DNA of 39,829 nucleotides from a virus (taxonomy: Duplodnaviria > Caudoviricetes). Below, one piece after another: positions 7,998 to 16,909 of this stretch (the stretch's first letter is position 1; each line of letters starts with the position of its first letter). The translations under genes were made by a program, and so were the position numbers. The notes beneath the pieces are model-generated. The model was not told the DNA's origin. It saw only the letters and a list, made by a program, of their open reading frames with translations, and did not search any database. Where the stretch lies: the IMG/VR virus record IMGVR_UViG_3300007983_000008, positions 1 through 39,829 of that record. One strand, given 5' to 3'.

Positions 7998-9683
7998 ATG
8001 AATTACATAGAGAATGAATTTAACAAAATTTTATTCGAAAATGAACGTAAAGTGATTTCATTTGATGAAATATTAACATTTTTGAAAAATACACTACCAA
8101 GATTAAAAATTGAAGAAAATAAAGGTGTACATAAAAAATGGGGAAACCCAAATCCTATCCCATTTGATTATGGAGAATTTCCAGATTTAATAAATCCTGC
8201 TGATGGAATGGGATGGGATGTAATAATATCACACGATGCAGATAAAAACGACGAATGGTTAAGAATAACAGGATATGTACCAATTAATGACCAATCTCAT
8301 TTAATTCCCCCTCCTTTTGGAAACAAACCAGGTAATCATAAATTGATACTTGGTAGATTTGGAAAAATTGGAAATCAAGCAATATCTACATTAAAAGATT
8401 ATTTTGAAGATTTACCCTCTTTTGAAACTCCATATTTCATAAATCAAGGAGAATCTAACTTATATCATCATTCATGGAAAAGAAATAAAAAAGATCTTCT
8501 AAAAGAAAATAATGTTATGTATTATGCAGGAACAAGTACAAATAACAAAGTTAAAGATAAATTAAAAATTTGGAAAAAAGAGCCTGTAATAATTACATCA
8601 GATATTAATGAAGCTAAAGACATAGCTAAAGATATATGCAGAAGAAATGGAGGAAATCCTGTAATTTATAAAGTTCAACCAATGGGTAAAATGTTACCAG
8701 TTCATGATGATTCCAATGTTACATTCATTGTAGATACTGCTAATATTGAAGGTGAACTAGATGAATCTTGGGAGAAGTCAACATTTGGTTCTTATAAATT
8801 AGGTCATGTAAATGACGGCCGTTGGGGTGGTGTTGCAGTTGGACCAACAGCTAAAAAGTCATTTAATAGACTTAAGGAATCACTTGACAATAGTGGAAAC
8901 CGTGCTACAAATCTTTTCTCACAAATTTTGATAGAAGAAAAGGAAAATGATATGGATATTAATATCTTCGTTGATATGGATGGTGTTCTTGTCGATTTTA
9001 TGGGAGGATTTGTTGAAAGATTTAAACAAACCCCTCTTTATAACAAAATTAACCTCAAAGATGAAAGTAAATGGGGTCTAATAGAGCATCAGATTGAAGA
9101 TTATTTCGTATCCATAGCAAAGAGCGATAAAGATAAAAAAGCAGCAAAGCATAGAGCTAAAGCTTATTTCTGGGCAGTTATACCTGGGTTTGATCTTGGA
9201 TTAAAAAAGAAAAAACTTTTCACTCCTGAAGATTGGTCCTTATATGAAAAAAGGACTTTAGATTTCTGGAGGAACCTTAAGTGGTTAGATGATGGTAAAG
9301 AACTATGGGATACTTTGGTGAACCTTCGTAAAGAAGGTAAAATTTCCGAATTAAATATCCTAAGTTCTCCTTCTTCTTCTATTGATATTCCTAATAACGA
9401 AGGAATTGTAATTAAACGTAACTTAGCAGAAGAAGGAAAAAGAGAATGGTTAAAAACTCATGGCCTTCAAAAAAATGCTGATCGTGTAATTATTAAACGA
9501 AATAAATTTGAAGAAGCAAATGGACCTAATGATATTCTTATTGATGATACTGATACTAAACTTTACGGTAAAAAATCAAAGAATAAAGATACACCTGGAT
9601 GGGTAAGCGTTGGTGGAACTGGAATTTTACATACTAGTACTAAAGATACCTTACAACAACTTAGTGATTTAGGTATTAACTAA
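7998..9683 (+). CDS. Multidomain protein: inorganic pyrophosphatase-like + Arr/ART-like + HAD 5'(3')-deoxyribonucleotidase
   Basis: PFDYGEFPDLINPADGMGWDVII (PPase-like); YYAGTS...PVIYKVQPMG...DDSNVT (ART-like, tentative); IFVDMDGVLVDF...ILSSP...K...DILIDD (HAD). Start moved to ATG 7998 because of the SD. Confidence 0.7.
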   Translation: MNYIENEFNKILFENERKVISFDEILTFLKNTLPRLKIEENKGVHKKWGNPNPIPFDYGEFPDLINPADGMGWDVIISHDADKNDEWLRITGYVPINDQSHLIPPPFGNKPGNHKLILGRFGKIGNQAISTLKDYFEDLPSFETPYFINQGESNLYHHSWKRNKKDLLKENNVMYYAGTSTNNKVKDKLKIWKKEPVIITSDINEAKDIAKDICRRNGGNPVIYKVQPMGKMLPVHDDSNVTFIVDTANIEGELDESWEKSTFGSYKLGHVNDGRWGGVAVGPTAKKSFNRLKESLDNSGNRATNLFSQILIEEKENDMDINIFVDMDGVLVDFMGGFVERFKQTPLYNKINLKDESKWGLIEHQIEDYFVSIAKSDKDKKAAKHRAKAYFWAVIPGFDLGLKKKKLFTPEDWSLYEKRTLDFWRNLKWLDDGKELWDTLVNLRKEGKISELNILSSPSSSIDIPNNEGIVIKRNLAEEGKREWLKTHGLQKNADRVIIKRNKFEEANGPNDILIDDTDTKLYGKKSKNKDTPGWVSVGGTGILHTSTKDTLQQLSDLGIN

Positions 9684-9729
9684 ACCTTTCCTTTTTCCTA
9701 ATTTTTACCTTTCCTTTTTCCTAATTTTT
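9684..9729. repeat. 23-bp tandem duplication
   Basis: ACCTTTCCTTTTTCCTAATTTTT twice, followed by overlapping palindromes TATAGGCCTATA and GGCCTATAGGCC (9732-9747). Confidence 0.95.
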
Positions 9730-9899
9730 ATTATAGGCCTATAGGCCGTTTGAGGAAAAACTTACCTTTATCTTAATTATTTAAATAGTTTAAGATTAGT
9801 TTAATTTATTTAAAGATAGTTTTAAATTTTTTATTTACTTTGTTATTTATTTAACTTTTATTTTACATATATATACCATCAAAGAAAAGATTCCCTTCT

Positions 9900-10200
9900 G
9901 GAGTAAAATTCCGATTTTCGGGTGGGCTGCACATAGACCTCTACTCTAACTTTAATTTAGGTTAAAAAGTTAGAACCTTCACAGTATGTGACATAGTAGC
10001 AGCTACGACCCTTTTTATTATCGTCTGTGGATGCCTTATGGTATCAGACGCCAACATTATTTACCCAGCGTACAACTACACAAAACGCCCGCCATATATT
10101 AATGGTTGTTGGCCCCATTAAAAATGACCTTCTCCCGTGTTTTTTCTGATCAGCCCAATATTACAGAGCATGGGAACACTAGTTTTAAACCCCTGAGTTG
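9900..10200. ncRNA. Candidate structured non-coding RNA or ssDNA element, family unknown
   Basis: ORF-free, GC-enriched island with nested stems (9945-53/9966-74, 9930-35/9985-90, 10022-27/10045-50, 10051-56/10107-12, 10133-40/10168-75). Confidence 0.45.
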
Positions 10201-10253
10201 TAAGAATTAATTATATTATAGTAGGTTTATTTTTCAACACCTAAATTTCATAT

Positions 10254-12137
10254 TCATGCTGTTATAATTAATGGTGAACCGTTTAATTCCTTTTGTATGT
10301 AATCTGGTGTAGCATAAATAATTATTACTTTTCCATTACAATGAGCAGTTGTGGTTCTCCATTGATATATTTTATTTGACTTTGCAAACATATGCCATCT
10401 TTTTAATTTATTAACGAAATCAGAGAATTTTTTCCTATCATAAATATTTTTTGATCCATCTGATTTATGATGACAATATGAATTTATAGCAAAATTTTTC
10501 ATTCCTTTTAATAATGCTTGTTTGCATATATCAATTCCATAAAAATGAAAACCATCTAATGAATCTTCACTGAATCTTATATCTTTATTCTTTTGAGTTA
10601 TAAGACATAATTCATCCAATGATTCTACTTCAGTATAAGGTTCATTATTTACTTCATCTGGGATGTTAAATGGTATTTTATTTTTATCTAATAAATAAAA
10701 TGCACTATTATGAGTATTTTGAAAAATTCCAGCAGGACCTAAAACTCCCCACTTTATATTTTTAGAATCTAAATTTGAAATATTAGTTTTTATTTGATTT
10801 AAAAATTCAGGAGTAACTTCAATATCATCATGACAATATATCATATATTTACCAGACGAAACATCTGTTGCATCATTATATGCTTTAAATACATTATCAT
10901 ACATACCATAATAATTTGGTATTCCTATAATTTCTATGGTATGGTCTCCATTTTGATATTCTAAACTTTTTAACATATCGCAATATTTGTCATAACTATA
11001 AGAAAGAACGACAATACTGAAATCTACATTCTCTGGTAATTTTCTTTTCCATCCGTTTATATCACATTTGCGTTTTAGATACATTGTATCTTGTCTCATC
11101 GCATTTATTCTTTCTGCACTTGGTCCATTTGAAAGTCTAGATGCATTATCATGGTGTACTATCTCAGCATTTCTATTACAATAATTAAATCTATTTGTCA
11201 TAAAAGGAATTTTAATCATAAGATCTACATCTTGAAAAATATCAAGATACTTATCATCGAATCCATTTATTTTTCTAAAATCATCAGTTCTTAGTAAACA
11301 TCCAGCAGCAGTATTACCATCAACAATTTTTGATCTTTTTTCTGATTTTGGTAATTGTGTATCTCTAAGACCAATATTTAAATGTCCTGCTGTTCCTGGT
11401 CTATGTTCACCTGAAATTTGGAAAATATGTTGACCATCGTGTTGTATTCTACCATCAGGATATTTCATTCTTGGTCCTACTGAGCCAACTTTATTTAATA
11501 CTGCAATTCCCATCATTTTTGTTACATAATCATTAATTGCTTTTGTATCATTATTTTGGATTAAAAAATAATCAGTTTTTATTTGTTTTACAACTTCGTT
11601 ATAATTTTTACTGAATTGATAATAATTCATTTTTATTATCTGAAATCCAAATCCTTTAGATTTACATTTTTTACTTAATTCTTCATAATACTTTAAAACG
11701 TTTTTATCTGTTGTTCCAGTATCACATATGGTTATAGTTGTATTTTTATATTTTACTTTACTTAATAATGATTCGCAACATTCATAAATTAGTTTATATG
11801 AATCTTTCGTTAAAATTGCAATAGAAACGCTAGGTAAATCACCCAATTCTACCATTTTTTTATGATAGATAAGTTCTTCATTTATTTGTTTAGTAAATAC
11901 TGATTTTGTTCTAGATGGAGTTAAGACTGTATTTGATTTTCTTTTTTTAGGGGGAGAATTAGATTTACTATTAATAGGAGTAATTACTGTTCTTCTATTC
12001 TTTTTTATTAATTCTAATCCTGGTATGGAAGATAATGATTCTGGACCATGTATAGATTGTCCAGGATTAACTGAACGTCTAGAACCATTAATCATAGTTC
12101 TTATTATTTGATTTGTCGCATTTCGGAATACTGCCAT
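10254..12137 (-). CDS. Tandem GT2-family (GT-A fold) glycosyltransferase
   Basis: VSIAILT, ICDTGTTD, FSKNYN, IQNNDT, VGSVGPRMKYPDGRIQHDG, GFDDKY..FQDVDL; second domain DFSIVV...YCHDD...LDE...GFHFYGIDIC. Confidence 0.88.
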   Translation of the reverse strand: MAVFRNATNQIIRTMINGSRRSVNPGQSIHGPESLSSIPGLELIKKNRRTVITPINSKSNSPPKKRKSNTVLTPSRTKSVFTKQINEELIYHKKMVELGDLPSVSIAILTKDSYKLIYECCESLLSKVKYKNTTITICDTGTTDKNVLKYYEELSKKCKSKGFGFQIIKMNYYQFSKNYNEVVKQIKTDYFLIQNNDTKAINDYVTKMMGIAVLNKVGSVGPRMKYPDGRIQHDGQHIFQISGEHRPGTAGHLNIGLRDTQLPKSEKRSKIVDGNTAAGCLLRTDDFRKINGFDDKYLDIFQDVDLMIKIPFMTNRFNYCNRNAEIVHHDNASRLSNGPSAERINAMRQDTMYLKRKCDINGWKRKLPENVDFSIVVLSYSYDKYCDMLKSLEYQNGDHTIEIIGIPNYYGMYDNVFKAYNDATDVSSGKYMIYCHDDIEVTPEFLNQIKTNISNLDSKNIKWGVLGPAGIFQNTHNSAFYLLDKNKIPFNIPDEVNNEPYTEVESLDELCLITQKNKDIRFSEDSLDGFHFYGIDICKQALLKGMKNFAINSYCHHKSDGSKNIYDRKKFSDFVNKLKRWHMFAKSNKIYQWRTTTAHCNGKVIIIYATPDYIQKELNGSPLIITA

Positions 12138-12139
12138 AA

Positions 12140-13609
12140 TTAGTATTTCTCCAAATTTATTTCATCGACAATTATATCAAATTTAGATTTTTCGTATATT
12201 TCTAATCTTTTTTGTAAATGTCTATTTGAATAATAAAGATCATCTCCGATATCATACAACATTAATTTACTTTTTTCTTTATGTAATCTTAATCCACGAC
12301 CAATAGACTGTAAAGTTTTTATTTTTGATTTACCAGCAGATCCAAAAATTACAGCATGTAACCTTTTAATTGATATACCCGTTGAGAACACACCATAAGT
12401 AGCAATTATTAGACATTTTTTGTTTTTATTTACAAATTTTCTTATTTTCTCTCTTTCATCTGGTTTTGTTTTTCCAGTTACAACAAATATATGTCTATCT
12501 TCTCCCAATGTTTTTAATAATTCCTCTAATCTTTCCACATGTTCTATATGATCAACTAAAACAAGACAGTTATGGTCTGCTTTATGGTGAGTTTTTACTA
12601 TATGTCGAATAACTTTATTTCTTGGTTCATATTCTTCTAAGAATTTACGTTCATCGTCATATGGTAAACCTTTAATTTTTTTCTTAATATCTTTTTTATG
12701 AAAAATATAAGCAAGTTTAATTAAAACGTCTGATGCATGACCATCATCTATTAGGTCTCTTGCAGTTACTTTATGAACTACTGGACCTAAAGACCCTTCA
12801 ATTCTCATTTTATCCACTTTAGGATCAGGTAGTGTTCCAGTACATCCAATTCTAGTATTTGCATTGATTGCATTGTCTGCAACACTTCTTACAACATTTC
12901 CCCGTAAATTATGAACCTCATCACAAATTAACATATCGAAGGTTTTAACCAATTCTTTTTGTCTACACATTGATTGCCATGTAGAAATTATAATTTGTTC
13001 TTCTGTATCTTTCTGTCCTCCATAAAAGTTACCTATCCATTCTGGAGAAATTCCATATTCTATAAAATCACTTGTTAATTGTTTTACTAGACCTGTACTT
13101 GGAACTAGAACTAAAATTTTTTTATTTTGTCTCTTTAATAATTTGTACATTATAATTAATGCCATCGTTAATGATTTACCAGCCGATGTTGCATGTTCTA
13201 ATATACATCTATTATATTTTAATGCATTTAATGCTCCTGATATTTGATGGTTATATGGAACCCATGGGTCTCCATTTTCATTTTCACCTAACCAGGTTTC
13301 TGTTATATCTGCAAAATCTGTTATTACTTTTTTTTCTGTTAAAGATTTATCTATAGTTATTTTAATTCCATTTTGTTTAACAAACTTATAGACATATTTA
13401 AGAAGACCTATAGGGAATATGCCATTTTTTTGCATAAAATATATTTTACCGTCCCACATTCCCATTTTATATTTAGGCATAAAACGATAATTTTCTACAA
13501 AGTAGGAAAGATGGTTATATAGTTCCCCAAAAATACTAGGATGATTGGTAGTTACTCTAGCATTTATATTATCTATTTTTTCAATGTGTAACCATCGTTC
13601 TTTTGACAT
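12140..13609 (-). CDS. uvsW: UvsW SF2 DNA helicase
   Basis: YRFMPKYKMGMWDGKI N-terminus, ATSAGKS, ISTWQS, DEVH, TGT, FSTGISI, LQSIGRGLR. Confidence 0.95.
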   Translation of the reverse strand: MSKERWLHIEKIDNINARVTTNHPSIFGELYNHLSYFVENYRFMPKYKMGMWDGKIYFMQKNGIFPIGLLKYVYKFVKQNGIKITIDKSLTEKKVITDFADITETWLGENENGDPWVPYNHQISGALNALKYNRCILEHATSAGKSLTMALIIMYKLLKRQNKKILVLVPSTGLVKQLTSDFIEYGISPEWIGNFYGGQKDTEEQIIISTWQSMCRQKELVKTFDMLICDEVHNLRGNVVRSVADNAINANTRIGCTGTLPDPKVDKMRIEGSLGPVVHKVTARDLIDDGHASDVLIKLAYIFHKKDIKKKIKGLPYDDERKFLEEYEPRNKVIRHIVKTHHKADHNCLVLVDHIEHVERLEELLKTLGEDRHIFVVTGKTKPDEREKIRKFVNKNKKCLIIATYGVFSTGISIKRLHAVIFGSAGKSKIKTLQSIGRGLRLHKEKSKLMLYDIGDDLYYSNRHLQKRLEIYEKSKFDIIVDEINLEKY

Positions 13610-14113
13610 TTAAAACATTCCCATCTCAATCTTCACTGCTTCAATAACATTTTTAATTGCGAAACCTCTGTCTCTTATCATAGTTATAATATTTTCCAAA
13701 TACCCCACTAAAGTTTCTTGAACCTTTACTAGTTTATTTATTGCTATATAGCATGGATGAGCATAAACATATTTGGCAATAGCATTTTCATATTTTAGTT
13801 TAGAAGAAATGTCTGAATGATTTCTATAAAAATCAAATAATTCACCTTCTATTTTTTCTTTATTAACTTTTAAATTACTTAATGCTATTTTTTCTTCAGT
13901 TTGTCTACTTATATATGTATGAAATAAATGAATATTTTTATTAGTTTCACCTGCTAAGTTGGTCTTATCGATAGGAACTAAATCTTTTTCTATTTGATTT
14001 TGCAGTTCATTAAATTTTTCTAATGCCTTTGTTTTCATGGCATTCATTTTTTCAGAATATTTTTCAATTAATTCTGGTTTTTGGTATTTTTCTAAACTTT
14101 TACTACTAAACAT
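13610..14113 (-). CDS. uvsY: UvsY recombination mediator
   Basis: Helical protein ending YLENIITMIRDRGFAIKNVIE; adjacent to uvsW. Confidence 0.8.
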   Translation of the reverse strand: MFSSKSLEKYQKPELIEKYSEKMNAMKTKALEKFNELQNQIEKDLVPIDKTNLAGETNKNIHLFHTYISRQTEEKIALSNLKVNKEKIEGELFDFYRNHSDISSKLKYENAIAKYVYAHPCYIAINKLVKVQETLVGYLENIITMIRDRGFAIKNVIEAVKIEMGMF

Positions 14114-14135
14114 AAATATCCTTAATTAAAAACAT

Positions 14136-14143
14136 TATAAATA
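14136..14143 (+). promoter_or_regulatory. T4-type late promoter overlapping a divergent -10 element
   Basis: TATAAATA on +; TATAAT on - at 14134-14139, pointing at uvsY. Confidence 0.7.
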
Positions 14144-14183
14144 AGTTAGAATGTTATTATAACATAAAAATAATAAAAATATT

Positions 14184-14606
14184 ATGAGGAAATTCCTTAT
14201 GGGCGATATAAGAGATAAATTAGAAACCAAATTACAACAAATTCAATTTGATAAAAGATCTCAAATAGGAAATGTCCTTTCAAGGGAAGATATAAAAATC
14301 ATTTTTGATGTTTTAAAGAAATCTGATCAGGAAGTTGGGATTTTAATGGAATCAATGGAATCTTTATGTCATACATTACTTCATAATGAATATATTTTGG
14401 TAGAAAACAATATTAAGACTATATTGAAATATTATAACATTATAGATGGAACTGATATATTAAATTCAAGGCATCAATTCTTTTTTACTGAAGAAAGAAA
14501 ATTAACAAAAAAACCATATTTTAGTCCTGAAAAATTAAAAAATGTTAAACAAAAATTATTAGAACACAACATATTTAGAAAAATGGGATTAGAAAATGAG
14601 ATTTAA
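14184..14606 (+). CDS. Hypothetical protein (start may be 14198)
   Basis: ORF after a late promoter, overlapping the next gene start. Confidence 0.6.
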   Translation: MRKFLMGDIRDKLETKLQQIQFDKRSQIGNVLSREDIKIIFDVLKKSDQEVGILMESMESLCHTLLHNEYILVENNIKTILKYYNIIDGTDILNSRHQFFFTEERKLTKKPYFSPEKLKNVKQKLLEHNIFRKMGLENEI

Positions 14607-16137
14607 TGATTATTTTGGTTTATCTATATTAGTAGAAACACATATTCAGAAAAAATTAGAATCTAATATTAGACCTAATTTAGTGCATGACGTAATGAAA
14701 ATTTTAAATGACAATCCAAATAGTCCTTTAGTTCAGTATATTATTAAAAGAACAAAAAATCCTAATTCTGTGGTTCCTCAAAATTTTAAAATTTCACAGG
14801 TTGGTACATTAGATTCATATAAACTTGATCCTGATGTATTTAATAAATTAATTGATGTTACTGCTGGTGATGTTGGTCCTGGTGAAATATTAATAGCACT
14901 AACTGCTGGTAAATGGATAGGAGGAACTGGAGGAGATACAGATGTATTGTTAGATGGAATAGGAAATGTTGAAATTAAATATCTTGGTCCATTTGCCCAT
15001 TCTACCAATGTACCATTTGGAAGTGGAAAACAAAGATTAATTGATGGTACTGATTTTGATGTAGTTACAAGAAGTGTAGCAAAAATTGCAAAAAATAATC
15101 CTTCAATATTAAAAAATAATTTAGAACCAGCCGAAGTAAAGCATTTTATAGATGATGTTATTGATCAGATTTTTATTTTTGATGAAAATTTATCTACAAA
15201 TAGTTTAAGAATAATAGGAAGATTACTTCGTAATGCTGAAAAAAATGGAGATACTGTTTTTTCTTCTAAAGGATTAACATTTGATAGACTTAAAAAATCA
15301 ATGGAAACTGCAATAAAAGAAGCTGTAGGTGATGCTGAATATCTTATGTTTTTAGGAGAACAAAATGATCCAACTAAAGAAGGTGCAGTTCTTGAAGGTC
15401 GATATTATATAATGCCTAAAGATGATGTTAAATATTATATGTTTTATAGAATTTATAAAAATAGTAGAATTAAAATTGCTCCATTTTCTACTGAAAAAGA
15501 ATTCCATGATAAAACTATAACTGAAGAAGTTTTATCTGAGATGCCTAAAGTTCATAATTATGAAGACTATGATGAGGAGGGTTATAATCCAAAAGATTGG
15601 GATCCATCTGATATTTTTAATGATTATGAAGATTCTGCTAAAGTTTTGTGGAAAAATGGAGATTCTGAAATTAGAGAAGTGGTCGATATGGAATATGGAC
15701 CTAAAGATAAAATTATAAATTATGGATTATTTGTTAATGATAGATTAGTTTCAGCATCCCAAGTCGATGTTATTGATGGAGAAAAATTTAGTGTTGATGG
15801 ATTAATGCCAATTTTGAGTAGATCTGCTACTTTAGAATCTGAACGAGGTAGAGGATATTCTAAATTATTAACTAAATTTATTTTTAAAAAATATAAAAAA
15901 TTAGCTTCAGATCTCGAATTATTTACAAATAAAGGTAATTCATTTGGAGGATCTGTTTCAAAATGGGTAAAGATGTTACCATCATTAGGAAATGCATTTA
16001 ATTTTGATGAAAATAATAGAGATTATACTGAATTTGATGTAGATGAAGGTATACATGGAATGGATTCTGTTGACACTCGTTTTGTCGTGTTTGATAGATC
16101 ATATCCAATTAAAGAATTACCAAGGGGAGACAAATGA
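14596..16137 (+). CDS. PD-(D/E)xK nuclease-like domain fused to a GNAT-like domain
   Basis: VGPGEILIAL...DTDVLLDGIGNVEIK; C-terminal ESERGRGYSKLL resembles the acetyl-CoA-binding motif A. Confidence 0.6.
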   Translation: MRFNDYFGLSILVETHIQKKLESNIRPNLVHDVMKILNDNPNSPLVQYIIKRTKNPNSVVPQNFKISQVGTLDSYKLDPDVFNKLIDVTAGDVGPGEILIALTAGKWIGGTGGDTDVLLDGIGNVEIKYLGPFAHSTNVPFGSGKQRLIDGTDFDVVTRSVAKIAKNNPSILKNNLEPAEVKHFIDDVIDQIFIFDENLSTNSLRIIGRLLRNAEKNGDTVFSSKGLTFDRLKKSMETAIKEAVGDAEYLMFLGEQNDPTKEGAVLEGRYYIMPKDDVKYYMFYRIYKNSRIKIAPFSTEKEFHDKTITEEVLSEMPKVHNYEDYDEEGYNPKDWDPSDIFNDYEDSAKVLWKNGDSEIREVVDMEYGPKDKIINYGLFVNDRLVSASQVDVIDGEKFSVDGLMPILSRSATLESERGRGYSKLLTKFIFKKYKKLASDLELFTNKGNSFGGSVSKWVKMLPSLGNAFNFDENNRDYTEFDVDEGIHGMDSVDTRFVVFDRSYPIKELPRGDK

Positions 16138-16382
16138 AACCAGTAAAACAACCAGATTATAGTGAAGATGTAGTCGCATGTCCAAATTGTGGAAGCGAAA
16201 ATACTGAAAAGTTAACAATAGACAAAAATGAAAATGAACTTGGAGCAAAAGAAGATATTCAATTTATTTGTAATGATTGCGGTGAAAAATTTATGCCTGC
16301 ATTAATGGAATCTGTTATTAAAAAATGGGCAAAAAAAGTGCGATTTGATGGTCATAATGATGGAAGGAGTTGGAGAGATTAA
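16134..16382 (+). CDS. Zinc-ribbon protein
   Basis: CPNC...CNDC. Confidence 0.7.
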   Translation: MKPVKQPDYSEDVVACPNCGSENTEKLTIDKNENELGAKEDIQFICNDCGEKFMPALMESVIKKWAKKVRFDGHNDGRSWRD

Positions 16383-16384
16383 TA

Positions 16385-16909
16385 ATGAAAATTGTTGGTA
16401 TTGATCCTGGAAATACTGGAGGAATGGCAGTATGTGAAAATGGAGAAGTTATTGGTGTAGTTCCTATGCCATCACATAAAATAACTCCAGTTAAAAAAAC
16501 ATATACTGTTGTAGATTTCTCTTTAGTAGCAAAATTTTTAATTGCAAATAAACCAGATAAAGTTTATATTGAACTTGTAGGTGCTAGACCTGGACAAGGT
16601 GGTGTTTCTATGTTTAATTTTGGATATTCTACAGGAGGTCTACACGGAATATGTGCTGCATTAGGTATTCCAGTAAAAACAGTCAGACCACAAGAATGGA
16701 AACGTTTGATATTTGGTACTTCTAAAGGGTCTGGTGATAAACAAGATGCCATAGATTTTTGTGAAACTAATTGTCCTAATATATCTCTTCTTCCAACTAA
16801 AAGGAGCAGAACCCCATCAGATGGAATAGCTGACGCTATTTGTATTTCAATATATGGAATGAGAGACTCGATTATAGATATAAATAAAAACAATGATGGA
16901 GAAAAGTAA
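16385..16909 (+). CDS. ruvC: RuvC-like Holliday junction resolvase
   Basis: IVGIDPGNTGG, VYIE, SMFNFG, RPQEWK, DGIADA; likely start ATG 16385 after GGAG. Confidence 0.88.
   Translation: MKIVGIDPGNTGGMAVCENGEVIGVVPMPSHKITPVKKTYTVVDFSLVAKFLIANKPDKVYIELVGARPGQGGVSMFNFGYSTGGLHGICAALGIPVKTVRPQEWKRLIFGTSKGSGDKQDAIDFCETNCPNISLLPTKRSRTPSDGIADAICISIYGMRDSIIDINKNNDGEK

Noticed and set aside
9684-9729. CRISPR array
   Set aside because: Two adjacent repeats without spacers and no cas genes.
9920-10160. tmRNA, tRNA, RNase P or group I intron identity for the structured island
   Set aside because: GGGCTGAT...CAGCCCACC resembles tmRNA ends, but there is no T-arm (GTTCRA) or ACCA end, and no RNase P or group I core motifs were seen.
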